Shown: positions 1-62,307 of the stretch, piece after piece
How positions within the stretch are numbered: position 1 is the first letter of the stretch
Layout: every line of letters starts with the position of its first letter
DNA from: Ascidiella aspersa
Taxonomy: Eukaryota
NCBI GenBank assembly: GCA_963924565.1
Contig: OZ004614.1
Location: 5,766,001-5,830,000 of the forward strand
DNA length: 64,000 nt
Direction of reading: 5' to 3'
The notes under the pieces: model-generated
What the model saw: only the letters and a program-made list of their open reading frames with translations
Told to the model about the DNA's origin: nothing
Databases searched by the model: none
Made by a program: the position numbers and the translations under genes

Positions 1-691
1 TGTTACGTGTTTATCAACACGTTAAACACCCAAATTAATTAATTGCCACAAGCCAAATCTTGGAGTTCATTAAGTGATTTTATGATGTGATAAATAGGGT
101 TTTAGATTAGACGCTTCAGCTTTCGTTTGCCAAATATGTTCTTCAGTTACATAATATCATATTTGATGATGTAAAGTTTTCCGTATTGTTGTGTGGAAAA
201 TTCCTTAGTTTTCCTGCTTCAGTTCGCCTCGTTTCAAACTTGACACACTTTAAACGAAAAAGTTAATCGCGCTTTCCAAAGTTATTTTTTTCCACATTTC
301 ATATGATCATCGCCTTACACCGTTTCCTCTCCAAAATATAACTTCCACCAACTTCACCACGTTTAAGTAAATGGATCGATTGGGTAAGTATGGTTAACAG
401 TGGAATTCTAAAAGTCCGTATTTAAGTTAGGACTTGAGTTTGAGGTAAGGTAGCCTATTAGGTTTGTTAAAACCTGTCTTTTGGCAGCTTGGTTTTGCTT
501 CTGATAGGTTTACGTCTTGTTTTAAATTTTAACTATTGTCAATATTAAACTCGACTTTACAACAGAGATACTTGACTTTCAGGTTTGTTTGCGACAAGTC
601 ATCAACTTCACTGTGTTCTAATCAAACTTGTGACAATAATAGCTTTGCGCAGATAGCATTTTCGTAGAGGCACCTTCAAAAACAGCCGTTA

Positions 692-915
692 AGGCCCGTT
701 TAAACTACAGCTGCACTGCGCTGAGAGAAGCGTGATTTGCATTTCAATTCTATTGTGGCGAGCGTTTCACGCTTTGCTTAACTCAAGCCCAGTGCAGCAA
801 TAGAAAAACGTTACGTTTTGGAGCGATTTTTACGCCTAACACACCTCCGTGCAACTGTAGTGAAAATAATTTTACGCCCAGCTCAGCTCAGTACAGCTGT
901 AATGTAAACGGTACT
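692..915. mobile_element. PIF/Harbinger-type MITE
   Basis: TIRs AGGCCCGTTTAAACTACAGCTG and CAGCTGTAATGTAAACGGTACT, TTA on both flanks. Confidence 0.6.
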
Positions 916-2036
916 TTAGTTACGACAGGTTTTATTGCCGATATTTTCAACCGGCAGGTTGCGCTGCTGATGCGCCTCGGTATCATAAAGCGACGACCTC
1001 GCCTGTTATTTCAACACGGCGCAATCCGCCTTTTGTTGGTGGACAAGTCGGTTTGGAAGGGCGAGAAAAAAGGGCACGTACTGAATAGATTTTCCTGACG
1101 CTTCGCGCTCCCATTGTGAGCGCCGTGCGACTTCGTATCGCATTATGTTCTTCAGCATGGCCAAACGCACTGTGTGAGCTACGATATATACCGGCAGCTA
1201 GGCTTAGATTGCCGTTGCTTATTAAGTACAGTTTAGGCTGCGGCGTGCACAGAACAAGCATCTTGTTTGTAGTAGGGACTGTTTTTTCGAACTTAGAAGC
1301 GTACAGTCAGTCGTCACAGTCTTTACTATGCTGATCAAGTGCGTGCTGCTGACTGAACAGTTGCCCAGTATCGAGGGAATACAATTACGTGCAGGCTGCT
1401 TAAAGGGAGAACATATTTGCTGCTACAATGTTTTGTGAATATTTGAGTTGCCATGAAAGTGACAATATACGCTATTCTGGTTAAAAACAACCCTTTGTTG
1501 GTAAAAACTAGTAAAATTTAGACAGTCCTGTGTTCATGCTCTCTTGTTCATTATATACAGTCACAGGAAACATTACTCGTGTGGTTTTGTTTATATTTTA
1601 TCTTATTATATTAAATTTTGCTTTTAGAAATTCATTGTGTTAAATGCCAATACTATGTTTCATGTGCTTATTTGTTACATGTGATATTCATAAAGTAACA
1701 AGCCTGCTAGTTTTTGATTTGTGATACATACCACTGAAAAACTTTTTGAATATAATTAAACTGTAAGCTATCTGTATGCTATGACATATTTATATTTTCC
1801 GAGAATATTTCAAAATAAATAAACTTTCAAGGCTGTCATTAAACTAATTGAAAATGATTAGCCAAAATAATATGTTTTTTTAGATTTAAAGCTCTTTTTC
1901 GATGGCAATCGACAGTTTCTTGACTTACATTAAAACTTTAATGTGACTTTTTGTAAGTTCTACTAAAATCAAAACTCTGAGAAGCCACTGAATAACACTG
2001 GAATATCGCTGAAAGATTGTTCTGGAAATAAGAAAA

Positions 2037-51185
<49,149 letters not shown>

Positions 51186-52935
51186 CGGCGACACCTGGCG
51201 GCCGTGCGACAGTAGACTTGCCCTCCGAGCGATGGCGCTCGCACGCCACGCGAGCCACGTTATCACGATGCCCAAGGATGCGAGGGTCTATGGCGGAGTT
51301 ACGACACGATAGCGATCGTCACGAAACTCAAGCGTGATTTATTGTCAAAGTTTATCTGATTTGGTAATTTTCGCGGCCCTTAACCGTTAGTAACAAAAAG
51401 TCACCTTGGAATGACTAAAGCGAGCACACGGGAACGTTGGAGATGGCGAATGGGAACGAAAACGCTATCACGCAACACACAAACGTGGGATTTTTGACGG
51501 TAGCAATGGCGTTTCTGCATTTCCAAAACAAATAATATGGCGTTTTTGAATCCGCTTTTAATTTCGCCGATCCCCTTTAGCAAACGGATCAATGGAAATA
51601 GTTGGCTTTTAAGTGTGCACCTTTTCGCAAAAAACAAAGCAATCCAATCAAAAAGTTCGTTTTTCGACCTTGAATGCCACTTGTATGACGTCACTCGTAC
51701 CGACCCAAAGGCAAATCGTATCTGGTTGCGTCTAACCGCTCACGCCGGCGCGGTCTACACGAACGCGCGAAATGCATTGGAGCCTTATCAATCGGCCTTA
51801 TTTAATTGTTGGAGCCTTATAATTGCACCATTTTTGGGGAAAAAATAGTTTCGTGGCCGAATCGCCGCACAGAGCGCCGCCGGTTCTGTTTTTTTCGTAC
51901 TTAATTACGTTTTTTTTTATTAGTTCGACTTTTTGCTCTAATTGCCTCACACGTGTTGCATCGAATCGCAGACGAAACACGCGGCTTTATTTATGCGCTG
52001 TGAAAAAAAACGCGCCTTTCTCGTCGAAATTTAAGCGCTTTGTCCCTTTGTGTCGGACAATCGCGGCAAAAAAAAGTTCACTGAATTGGCCGCGTTTTCA
52101 AGTTGCGGCCTTTTCAAGGTTGCTATCCATTCTCCTCGCCAATATAACTCTTCAGTTCACCACCCAAGGTCTGCAAATATTCAAGCGAAAACCAGTTATT
52201 CTTGGAAAAGACTAAAATAAATTAAAACGAGATGCGGAACTTTCTGGTCTACAAACATCCAAGCAAAAAGCAATTGATTCTCGGAAAAGACAAATAGAAA
52301 ATCCACAGAGATAAGTCCAGTGCATACTTGGATGCATGTCCTTCAGGAACCTTGCTTTCTTACTTTTTTGTGTTTTAATTTTGTTTTTTAATTATTGATT
52401 TCCCCGTCGAGCATTATTCCCTTTATATTTTTCTTTTTTGATGTCCTTAATAATTCGGGCGTGCTTGTTTTGTAGTCGCCACACGTTTTTGCAAGTAATT
52501 TTTTGAAAAATTGCGAGATATCTTATTGTTTTAATCCTCTTTTATATTATTCTTATTGTTACTATTCTTATTCTTATTATTACTTTGTCGAGGCGGCCCG
52601 AATTGTAGTTTCCAGCAAAGGGCTTCTTGCAATGCAAATCCGTGCGTCAAAGACAATAAAAAACGTCATAACATTTCCATGTTTCTGTTTATTTTAAGAA
52701 ATGATTTCTGCTTTGTATCTGTTTTTGTATTAAACAGTCTAACTTATTATTTAACCAATACGAAGCAAGGGTCTTTATTTTTTGTATGCGGGAGATTTCT
52801 TACAAGATTATGTTGGCTAATATTGTAAGGCTGTAAAAATATACAAAAATAGAACATCGGGCAATAACGAAAAGATTTGCGAGTTATATTTGAAAATAAC
52901 ACCAACTTGATTTCGCCTTAGTTGTAATCATTATT

Positions 52936-52941
52936 AATAAA
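52936..52941 (+). terminator. Candidate Su(H) polyadenylation signal (alternatives 52216, 52655, 53004)
   Basis: AATAAA followed by T/GT-rich sequence, at the end of a repeat-free 1.75-kb region after the stop codon. Confidence 0.4.
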
Positions 52942-53082
52942 TAGTCTTCTTTTTAGATCACTCTTTGTTGCAATTCTATATTTAAAATAGAAGATGTCTA
53001 AAAAATAAAACACTCATCCGTGAGCAGTATCCGACGAAAGAGAAAACTAAATGTTGACGACAATAGTTTGACAAAAAGCCGA

Positions 53083-53088
53083 TTTATT
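53083..53088 (-). terminator. Candidate SRD5A polyadenylation signal
   Basis: AATAAA on the - strand about 50 nt after the stop. Confidence 0.45.
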
Positions 53089-53136
53089 TCGAGTCGATGC
53101 ACTAATTCTATATATCTTATTGATTTTCGAGCTTTT

Positions 53137-53203
53137 TTAGATTAGAAAAGGAATGACCGCTTTTCGTCCCTTTGGGTAGTCTTCAAACTTTTGCTGGTAC
53201 CAC
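53137..53203 (-). CDS. SRD5A: SRD5A exon 5 (WYQQKFEDYPKGRKAVIPFLI*)
   Basis: cacAG acceptor, canonical YP..RKA.IPF C-terminus, TAA stop. Confidence 0.96.
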
Positions 53204-56200
53204 CTGTGACAACATACAAAAAATATTTTCTCTACAACCAGTTCTTTGCGAAACTATCGGACATGCGTCATTTTCCTCTGAGATTATCAAGTTAACAAAC
53301 GACTCCATAGAGTTGGCAAATAAGCTTGCATGTAGAATCTTAAAGGAAACCAATCTACGTAAACAAAAAAAGACTTTTAAGCTTTGAGAAATGTGTAAAT
53401 TGCCGAAATAAAAAAGAAAAACATATTTAACTTTCGCGAACTTTGTTTGAGCATCTACCAGTGCTGTAATGACTTGTCACTGTTTTCAAATGACCTGACT
53501 TAACTTAGGTTTTTTTTGGCAAAATAACTTGACTTTAGTCTTTCGCACAAATGACTTGTGTTAAACTTGAAGTTAATGTTTTCAACCAGCCACTTTTTTT
53601 TTTAAATTTAATTATTTATCAAACTTAATAGTTAAAAGTTTTATTTTAATGACAGGGACTTGAATTGAAGTTGACTTGACTTGGGTAACCGATCACTTGA
53701 CTTGACTTAAGTCATTTCGCATGGACTTACTTGGAACCTATTTCCAATCTCACCTGTGATGTCCAATTGCCCGAGTCCCCACTACGAGAAGAGTGCTAAA
53801 GGCAAAACAAGAGAGTGGAAGGGCAAAGTTTGACGCCATCGCCAGTCCGGCCCACTCTACTATCTCGCCCGTGAAGTTTGCCCCAGACACGTATTCGAAC
53901 AGACCGCCCCTGGGAATTTTGTAGCCACTCTCGTCGCCTTTTCTGAGATTTCGCAAGATGTGGTCGCTGTGTAGGTTGATAGCGAAACCGACAAACCAAA
54001 GAAGAACACCTGAGAAAATTCCTCATTTAATTAAGCCAGAGAAAGCTTTTAAAATTTTCCTCCAGGATAAAATAGAATGTAAACCTGCATTTATTTAAAA
54101 AATATCCTAGTAATGTTGCTTTATATTGTTGATAACTTTTTTTACGGTTTTTTCAAACGGGCCGCGTATTTTCCTTAAAGAATTTTTTGGTATTTCTGCC
54201 CTAATTTGACAAAATATGTGTAACTATATTTTATATAGGCTGTTTTTCAATGTTCACTTTAAAGTAAGGTAAGGGACAAAAACAAAACAAGCGCGATATT
54301 TGGTTTGTTTGGTTGTATCATGATATATACGTCACTCTTTCTAGGAACAGTTGCAGTCATAGCCTACAGCCAAACTTTATTTTTTCTGTTTTAATTGCTA
54401 AAATGGAATTGTTTTCGCGCGGATCTCCTCTTTCTTTCTCGTATGTTTAATTTTTTTTTTTTAGGGGGGTATGTTCACAGGCAAAAGGCGTCTGTACTTT
54501 GGCATTCTTTCAAACGCCCAGCTTAAAATTTATAAATGCATTTTTGCGCTTTGATTGAATGTAATCCGCCTTGAAAATATGAACCAAGGTAAGTATAACA
54601 TCCGGTTTTCAATCTCTGAAACATGCTTTAAAGGAATTTATTTAACACCAGTTTTTCGTGTTTCGCCCCCGTTTATAGCGGCTTTGCAATATATAAAGAA
54701 GTCCGTTATCGTAAGTCAAATTTATTTCTTACCGCAGACAAAATAAGGACTCCGTATCCAGTCTGATGTCAGCTGGTCAAAGTTGGCTTGATGTGCCCCA
54801 ATGGCGTAACCATTTAAGCTGGTAAACATGAAGGCCATAACTACAAATCGTATTGGCATCTTCTTACTTTTCTTGCTCATCAAATAAGTGTAGATAAATG
54901 TCCTAGAAGACAAACGTAAGTAACTGTTTTTAAAAACTTGACTAGACCTTATCTTTTGGGCAAAACTACTTGACTTGACCTAATTAAATGAGGCAAACGA
55001 CTTAACTTCGATTTAAAGTGTTTTAGAGTAATTTTAGTAAGATTACGTTTGTTTTAACCCTAGGTTACGTTGCAACGTCGAAATAAAACATAGTTCGGAA
55101 TAAGACCAAGATAGGACTAGGTCCTAATGCCTAATAGTCGTATACCATAAAGTTAGATAGGTGTTACTCGCGTTACAATGACCATGTTGCAAAAAGGGCA
55201 AAAATTCATCAACTATAATTCATATCGACAAAACATACTACAACTCTGAAAGAGATACCCAAAACGCGAACAAAATTACATTTAAACAGTTCAAATAAGT
55301 AAAACATATGGTTTGGGTGGCCATCGCCTTGTGCCCCCTCCCACAAAGGGTTCAGAAACTCAATTTACATCCAGTTTTGTAAGTTGAACGAAACAACGCC
55401 AGTCGCAGTCAAATGGGGTTAATCAATAAGTTGCAGTGATGATATACAGGGTGTCCATAAAGTCTCTTTACAATTTAAAAAAATTATTAAAAAAAGAAAT
55501 GATGAGATATCGCAATGAGGTTTGTTTTATGTTAATCAGTATTTCATAAAGTTTTTATTGACACTAAACTTTATTGTTTCAGACAAAATTTCTAAATTAA
55601 CCGTTTAGATGTGCTTCGTGCAACTAAGGGTGCCCATGTAGAAGTGTATTAAAGAAAGTAATGATATTTTTAATTATTTTTAATTGAATGTTGATATGCA
55701 ACACCTTAGCAATTATCGGGTTTTGCAGCTCAAGTAGATGGGATAACTGACCTTTGAAAATAGTGCAGCACAAACAGGCAGGTGACGATAAGGTTTGGCG
55801 CGGAAACATTGTAGAGTCCCACGTCGCTCAGAATACAGATCGGTACAAGGAAAGACGGTAATTCCTGAACAAGCCAAGCCCATCTCGCGTCGATCACTTT
55901 AAAAATAACAACAAACTGACGTATAGGCTCGTTTTGATAGGTTTAGTGTAGTGGTTCTCAAGCACTTTGTTTTTTCGACGCCATTATAAAAGTTGTCGAT
56001 TTAGCGACGCACTAATTGATAATAGGAATTATTAATAATTTTTATTTAGTTATTTCTGTGTAAAAAAGCACACAGTGTAACTACATCTAAAAAAACCAAC
56101 GCTAGAAATTCCGATACCATTTTGGGTGTGACGTGTAGGCAGATCGATAAACTTTAGTTCACGGATTATGAATGTCATGATTCTTCTTGACGTTTAAGCA

Positions 56201-57437
56201 TATTAGGATCGTGCTGTTACTGGCATATATTTGGCTGCAAATAACACGCGAGTGACTATGGTTTCCTCGTAGTTAAATCTATTGTAGGCTACTGATATAA
56301 CTATAACTTCTACACTACAGCAAACAGCACTTATTTTGACGTAAAAATGTGTGATTGTTAAATCATAACCGACTGGCACAGTAATTAATGGATTGAAAAA
56401 CACACGCCAGGGAATAATAATATCTGGAGCATTGTATTACTACAGTTGACTTTCGATACGGAATCATTGTGCGACGCCCTTGGAAGATTAATACGACGCA
56501 CCAGACGTTGCTACGTACAGTTTGAGAACCTCTGGTTTAGTGTTTCCGTAATACACATGCGATGTTAAAACAGGTCATTTATTTATGGCACGAACGCGTT
56601 TAAATCAAATCGTTAGACAGCATCAACAAAATAAACACCTTAAATTCTGTCGATCAAACCAGTTGTGAAATCTAAACCATACAGCGAAAGCATGTTGCTT
56701 TGGTTTTGGAATTCTGAAAGGTTTTGAAACGCTTATTTTGCGTGCTCAATATTTTAGCTATGAACAATGTTTGTGCGTTGATTGAATACCCTTGGCTAGT
56801 CGTGCTTTGTATGTTGTAAATGAGGCTATAAGCTATGTGATATAACGGCCGAAGCAAACATGAATTCAAACAGGCAAACATGTACGAAGAACCTGGGTGT
56901 GCAAATAAGCTTATCATACGCCTTGCTGTACAGCACTACCTCGAATAACTGTTTATGTAAATGATATGTTTACCGGTTACATTGCATAGTGCAATTTTGT
57001 ACTGTTTGTAGAAATAAAAAGCAAATTGTTATAACATGGTCGTTTCATAATGAACAGTTTACCTTCATTATTATGTTTTTTTATAGTTTAAAAATATCAA
57101 ATTAGGTCTGTGCAATTTTCTTTCAATGCCAAAAAGTTATAGCAATTTTGCAGTACTTCCATTTTGTCGCTATATCGGTTAACGTTTATATTAGATTGCT
57201 TGTACTACTGATTCAATAGACGAATACGTACAGCGAGCATTACGATTAAGCTGACGTGTTGCGTAGAGTAAACTTGCCAAAATAATTAAACGGCCTATTG
57301 AACACACCTGCCATGCCTTCTTTGATGTGTTTTCCATACTGAGCCGTCTTTCCAGCAAAGCAAGCGACCAAACTTAAAAGCCCACTCCCCACCACACAGT
57401 ACGTAGCCCACTGAACTGATGCTAGGCTGTAGCGCAT
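53137..57437 (-). CDS. SRD5A: 3-oxo-5-alpha-steroid 4-dehydrogenase (steroid 5-alpha-reductase, SRD5A1/2-like), 5 exons, 255 aa: complement(join(53137..53203,53754..54009,54733..54902,55752..55896,57308..57437))
   Basis: Spliced protein has YGKH, AWLVQELPSF, LHYFQRTFIY, NLHSDHILRNLRK, YKIPRGGLFEYVSGANFTGEIVEW, HHRWYQQKFEDYPKGRKAVIPF. 768 nt, phases 1/2/1/2 consistent, all GT-AG. Confidence 0.95.
53460..53735. repeat. GACTT/AAGTC-rich interspersed element (also about 36900-37035, 50320-50400, 54935-55020, 58060-58160, 58640-59095)
   Basis: Arrays of GACTTGACTT motifs with CAGTG..TAATGAC and GTCATTAAAACACTG ends. Confidence 0.6.
53754..54009 (-). CDS. SRD5A: SRD5A exon 4 (VLLWFVGFAINLHSDHIL...RAIGHH-R)
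   Basis: ttctcAG acceptor, GTGAGA donor, NADPH-binding motifs. Confidence 0.96.
54733..54902 (-). CDS. SRD5A: SRD5A exon 3 (TFIYTYLM...SPYFVC-G)
   Basis: cttctAG acceptor, GTAAGA donor, NGY motif. Confidence 0.94.
55447..55640 (+). mobile_element. Tc1/mariner-like terminal fragment
   Basis: TA|CAGGGTGTCCATAAAGTC start typical of mariner TIRs; no matching right end found. Confidence 0.45.
55752..55896 (-). CDS. SRD5A: SRD5A exon 2 (V-IDARWAWLVQELPSF...LHYFQ-R)
   Basis: tttttaaAG acceptor, GTCAGT donor, catalytic QELPS and HYF motifs. Not in the ORF track in this frame. Confidence 0.95.
55949..56534. mobile_element. hAT MITE in SRD5A intron 1
   Basis: TAGTGGTTCTCAA/TTGAGAACCTCTG termini, perfect TSD GTTTAGTG. 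Confidence 0.85.
57308..57437 (-). CDS. SRD5A: SRD5A exon 1 (MRYSLASV...QYGKHIKEGMA)
   Basis: ATG at 57437, hydrophobic TM1 then YGKH; G|GTGTGT donor in phase with exon 2. Confidence 0.85.
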
Positions 57438-59936
57438 TGTAGTTACAAGGGTCAACTAACTGTCAATTTCAATATCCAGCCTCTGATTTTTACACACAAA
57501 TTTATCACGTGGTGGCGCAATGGAGTTAAAATGTTTACTTTTTGATTAACTCGGCGGCGTATTCCTCTCCTAGCATACCGAGTAAAATGCGCCAGCCTTT
57601 GAAAGTACGCTTATCGCTTTTTATCAGCTGCCCTCTATCTGTTATATACAAATAATACAAATACTAAGTTCATTTTACCCTGTGCACCGAAAGCCATTGC
57701 AGACTCACCGAATCTGTTGATCTATGACGCAAGCAGAGCAGGCTAGAAAAACAACTAGCCTCTAGTGAGGTTCGAATATAATATTCCACCTTTACAATTT
57801 CCATTTGGCGGCCATATCAGTTTTAAAATTCGGTTCTGCGCATGCGCATGTCGGACTCGAGACTCGGGTAGTTTGACGAGGTCTTACTCGAGTCCTGGGT
57901 CCCGAGTCCGACTCCGCAGCCCTGCCACTAGGTAGCAATAAAAGCTTGTAGAGCGAAGTTTAGCTTCGTTGCTTGATATATGTTTCGTTTTGTGTTATTT
58001 TTTAGTTGAGGTACAGGTCATAAATAACCAACTTCAATAGCTTTACGTTTTTACTTTTAATACACTTAACTGGAAATTGACTTGCATGTTATACGTTCAA
58101 AATGACTTGATTTGGACTTAAAATCTTTCAAAAATGACTTTAATTGGACTTAAATCGACAACCCAACAATATCCACTGCACGTACGCCAACTTGTACATC
58201 TATAACTTCACTATGAACTGTTCTTTCTTCACACACAAGCTTTTAGCTGGCTCTGAAACGTTACTTTTTTCTCTAAGTTGCCAGTGATTGCTACCGCACA
58301 GCTTTCTGTCTGGATTACGTCTTCATTTTCTTTTCGTAATCAAGCTTTTTACTGACCTCCTGGTGGAAACATTTAAAAAAGTTTCCGACTTTTTGTTACC
58401 TTTTCTCAAAAATGGCCACGGAATGACCAAGAAAAAGCCAACAACAACCGTTTATATGCGATTCTTTAAGTCTAATGTTTTAACCGATAAAACTTGGGCA
58501 AGGGTACGTATAATTTATCAAGTGTTTGGTTGCGACTTTGGAACGCTTTGCACTGTGGTTTAAGTTCATACTAGTTGTCTTTACCTTTTCCCTCTGTTGT
58601 ATACAGATCCTTATCTTGAAAAACACAATATGTAGGTTAGGATAGATAAGTCACAGGTCATTTTTTAAATTAACTTAAGTCCAAGTCAAGTCTCCTTAAT
58701 AAATAGCAAGTCAAAACCCAGTCCGAGCCATTGCCAAAACACGTCAAATTTTAGTCACAGATATGTCATAAATACAAATGTTGAAGTTATAAATTGGCGA
58801 ACGCGTTGCTATCTAAAACATATTATCACACCAAAAAGCGAAACAAGTAGCATGTTAACATTTATTTCCTTTAAGAATATAATTTAATAAATAATATAAA
58901 AACCCTATTTACTAAACTGTATTGAATTGAATTATTTTCATTAAAGTCAAGTCTTTTCCAATTCCAAAGCAAGTCATTTTTGTCAAGTGATTTTGGCTCG
59001 AACTTAAGTCGAGTCACATCATGCAGCACTTGAAATAATGACTTACATACGAGCACTTAAGTCAAGTCATTGATTTCTGTCATTAAAACACTGCTGTTTA
59101 GTGAATATAGGTATAAACATTTTTGCTTTATATTTGTTTTACATAAACAGACTAAATATCTACTGATTCGAATGTAATAATCTTTTTTTTTTTGACTGCG
59201 GGAAATTTCGTACATGTATGAAGTGTTTCAGCTTTTCACTGTGGGTCAGTTGGCTTCACCAATGTGGCATAAGACAGCAAACGTTTTACTAAAGATATAT
59301 GGAACATTTCTACCGTTTGCGTAACGGTTCGCTTTCTTTCTCTATGAATTTAAGAAAATAGTCAAATAATGCTGTTTTATGCGCTCAAAGAAACGCCGCG
59401 GTATTTTGCGATCTATTTGCAAAACGCCTTTTCCGTAACACATCGGTTTCGTGTTTCGCCGTTCTGAGAGGTTTCCTGTCCTACAAATAATGGTTGTATG
59501 CGATACAAGAAGAACACGTTATGTGCAACCAATAGTTCTTTGAAAAGTATCTTACATATACACTTATCTTATACAGTAATTAACAGGCAACGGCATAAAA
59601 TGCATATGTGTATAAAGATAAACGGAATATATTAACGATGCCAAAGTAAAACACGACATCGCACACAATTTCACCAATAATGTTTTTTAAGGTTATTGTG
59701 TTTCTTGTGAAACTCTGAACTAACTGACATTCAAGACAACTCCAAATACACTATGAGTGACCTATTTTTTACGACTACTAATAATAAATTTATACAAATA
59801 TAAGACAAAATGTAGAGAAAATAATCCAGAGCAGCATTTTTGCCCCAAATTTTGAAATTATGAAAAAAACAAACACTGCCGTTTAATTTGTAAGCAACTG
59901 GTAAATGGTTTGGTAAGTAATTCGAAGGGGTGCAAT

Positions 59937-60378
59937 CAGGGGTTTCCAACCGCCGGGGGTACTCGTACCCCAAAGGGTACGTGATTGAACGTCAAGGGTT
60001 ACGAAGATCCTTGGGCCATAGAGCAGCTTTTCATACAGATTTTGCAGTACAGTTTTATTTTCGGAATTGTGCCATTAAGGTCTTTGCTTTAGAAAAAACA
60101 AGCAATTACCTACAAATAATTGTTGTAACCTCGTTGTCTTGTAACAATGCTTTTTTTATCTGCAGATGAATTACGGGCTGCCTTATATCAGGGGTCGGGA
60201 ACCTTTTTAGTGCACAGGTTCCATGGAGTGACATCGATTTCGTTCCAATTTTCACATTTTTTAGTGAAATACAGGTTTAATCTTTAATTGAGCTATAAAA
60301 GCAATTTAATTTAGCAATATATATCTCGCTCTGACCTGACAAAGGGGTACCAGCAGCAAAAAAGGTTGGGAACCCCTG
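59937..60378. mobile_element. hAT MITE with an internal second hAT-like terminus at 60189
   Basis: TIR CAGGGGTTTCCAACC/GGTTGGGAACCCCTG, perfect TSD GGTGCAAT. Confidence 0.88.
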
Positions 60379-62307
60379 GGTGCAATGATAAAGGCACCAA
60401 TATAGTTTACAACTGCGTTTAAGAAGGCCTTATTTTTAGCAAAAGGATGAAAATGCTCATAACAAAACTTTAGGTTTTTAATCTTCCCCGTGATACTTCG
60501 TACGCGTTTTGGAGGCAATCGTGCATATAATTGTGATGGCAAAAAAAATCACGGAATCGGCGAGGTAGATTTGCTTAAGCATGTCGGTTGGTAGCTGGTA
60601 ACCAAAACAAATAGTACGGCATAATACATAAATAGTAAATTCTCTAACCGGTGCGAAGTAGACACTACTCATAAATAGTATATAATATATAGCAACTTCC
60701 ACCGAGAACGACCATAGAACTTTACTACGCTGTAATTACTTATAAAAAACCTAACACCTAAGTGCATTTCAACTTACCATACAGCTTCTAAGAAAGCACC
60801 ACACCTAAATCCTAGTTGGTCCTTAATACGAAATGCCTGCGGTGGGTAAAACATGAAACGCGGTTGACAATTCGAGCTTGTAACAAGATAAAAATATGCC
60901 TCTTTTGACGATTGAGAATTTAGATGAGTCACAGGGTTGCATCATAAACGCAAAGGATTGAGACTGTGACAAACAGCTTTAATCATAAGAAGCAAAAGTA
61001 GCACCGCATTCGTTCTAATCTAATCGCTAAGCGTATATACCGACCGGCCGACCCATTTGTGTAAAATAAACAATCTTTAAAACCAAGATACAAGTTAACG
61101 TGATACCAATCCATAAAAAGTGAAAATGATAAAGGGTCTAAAGTTTGAGTAGAAAATTATAATCTATTTTAAAGTGCTTCTGTTTTTCTTACAATAAAAA
61201 TATTTGTTTTGGACTCAAAATTATCCTGGGTGTTCTATCTTCAACCGCATGCAATACTCGTTCAGCAAAACAACAATAGGAAACGAGCAAATTGCAGGAA
61301 CTGTGTTTAAGGAGGTGTTAATTTACAGGGTGTGCCACAAGTAACTTGCAAGAAGAAATAGATTAATTTTAAGTAACTCTTTGGAACACAATACATGGAT
61401 CTGTCGTTTCAAAAAAGAATATATAAGCGGAATGCTTGGCTTGTCAAGTTTTTTTGGTAATACAAACCAACTTAAAATCTAAATAGCATCTAAATTAAAA
61501 TATTCTTAAGAGCACTTAAAACAAGTCTTTGGCATAAGTCATTACAGTATTGATGTTTATGAATAGCGGTAGTAAACCTTTATGAATTTTACCTGTTTTA
61601 CCAAACATTTTAGCAGGTATTTTAGCAAGATTGGCTACGTTTTCTAATTAGACGTAAACAGAAACATGGCTAAATATTAGATTTTGCCAGTTTGATTTTG
61701 TACGTTTTATTTACAAACCGCTGTGGCAATTAAAAAATATAATTTTGGACATCGACAAGTTTGACTCAAATTATTCGGTGTTGGTGTAAAAATGAAATAC
61801 AAAGGATCAGTCAAAGTTTAGCAATGTCGTGCACAATGATAAGTCTTGTTAGAATGCAGGTCAGGGCAACTGATTCGTGCAGTAAATTTCAAGCATCACT
61901 TCAGATATTTATCTATTTGAAACCGAATTCGGCCACAATAGTGTATAGGCAGGATTTCCATACCGTGCTTATTTCTAAGATTTGTGCTTATTTTTGGTTG
62001 CAGTGTCTTAGAAAATACTAATGTGCTTATTTCTAAGAAACGTGCTTATTTTTGAGTTGTGTGCTTAGTTTGTCTTATTTTAGAGTTTATTGAGCCTTAA
62101 CAGTTTGCATTGCTTGGTTTCTGATATTTCTTTCGTTTAACGATAATAATCAAGCTAAAGATCGACAAGAAATATTATACCTGGCCCGCCTTCGTAAATC
62201 CTAACAGTTATTTGCACCCCAAGTTATCAGTAGCGTGCTTATGTTTTCGTAGAAGCGTGCTTATTTTTTGGTCCTAGCAGATGGTAACCCTGTGTATAGG
62301 CCTAGCA

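Noticed and set aside
51186-52950. miR-124 seed sites in the Su(H) 3' region, since Ciona Notch-pathway genes are miR-124 targets
   Set aside because: No TGCCTT match found by eye.
57438-57455. Upstream TTG start for SRD5A given by the ORF track
   Set aside because: Eukaryotic gene; the in-frame ATG at 57437 gives a typical 255-aa protein.
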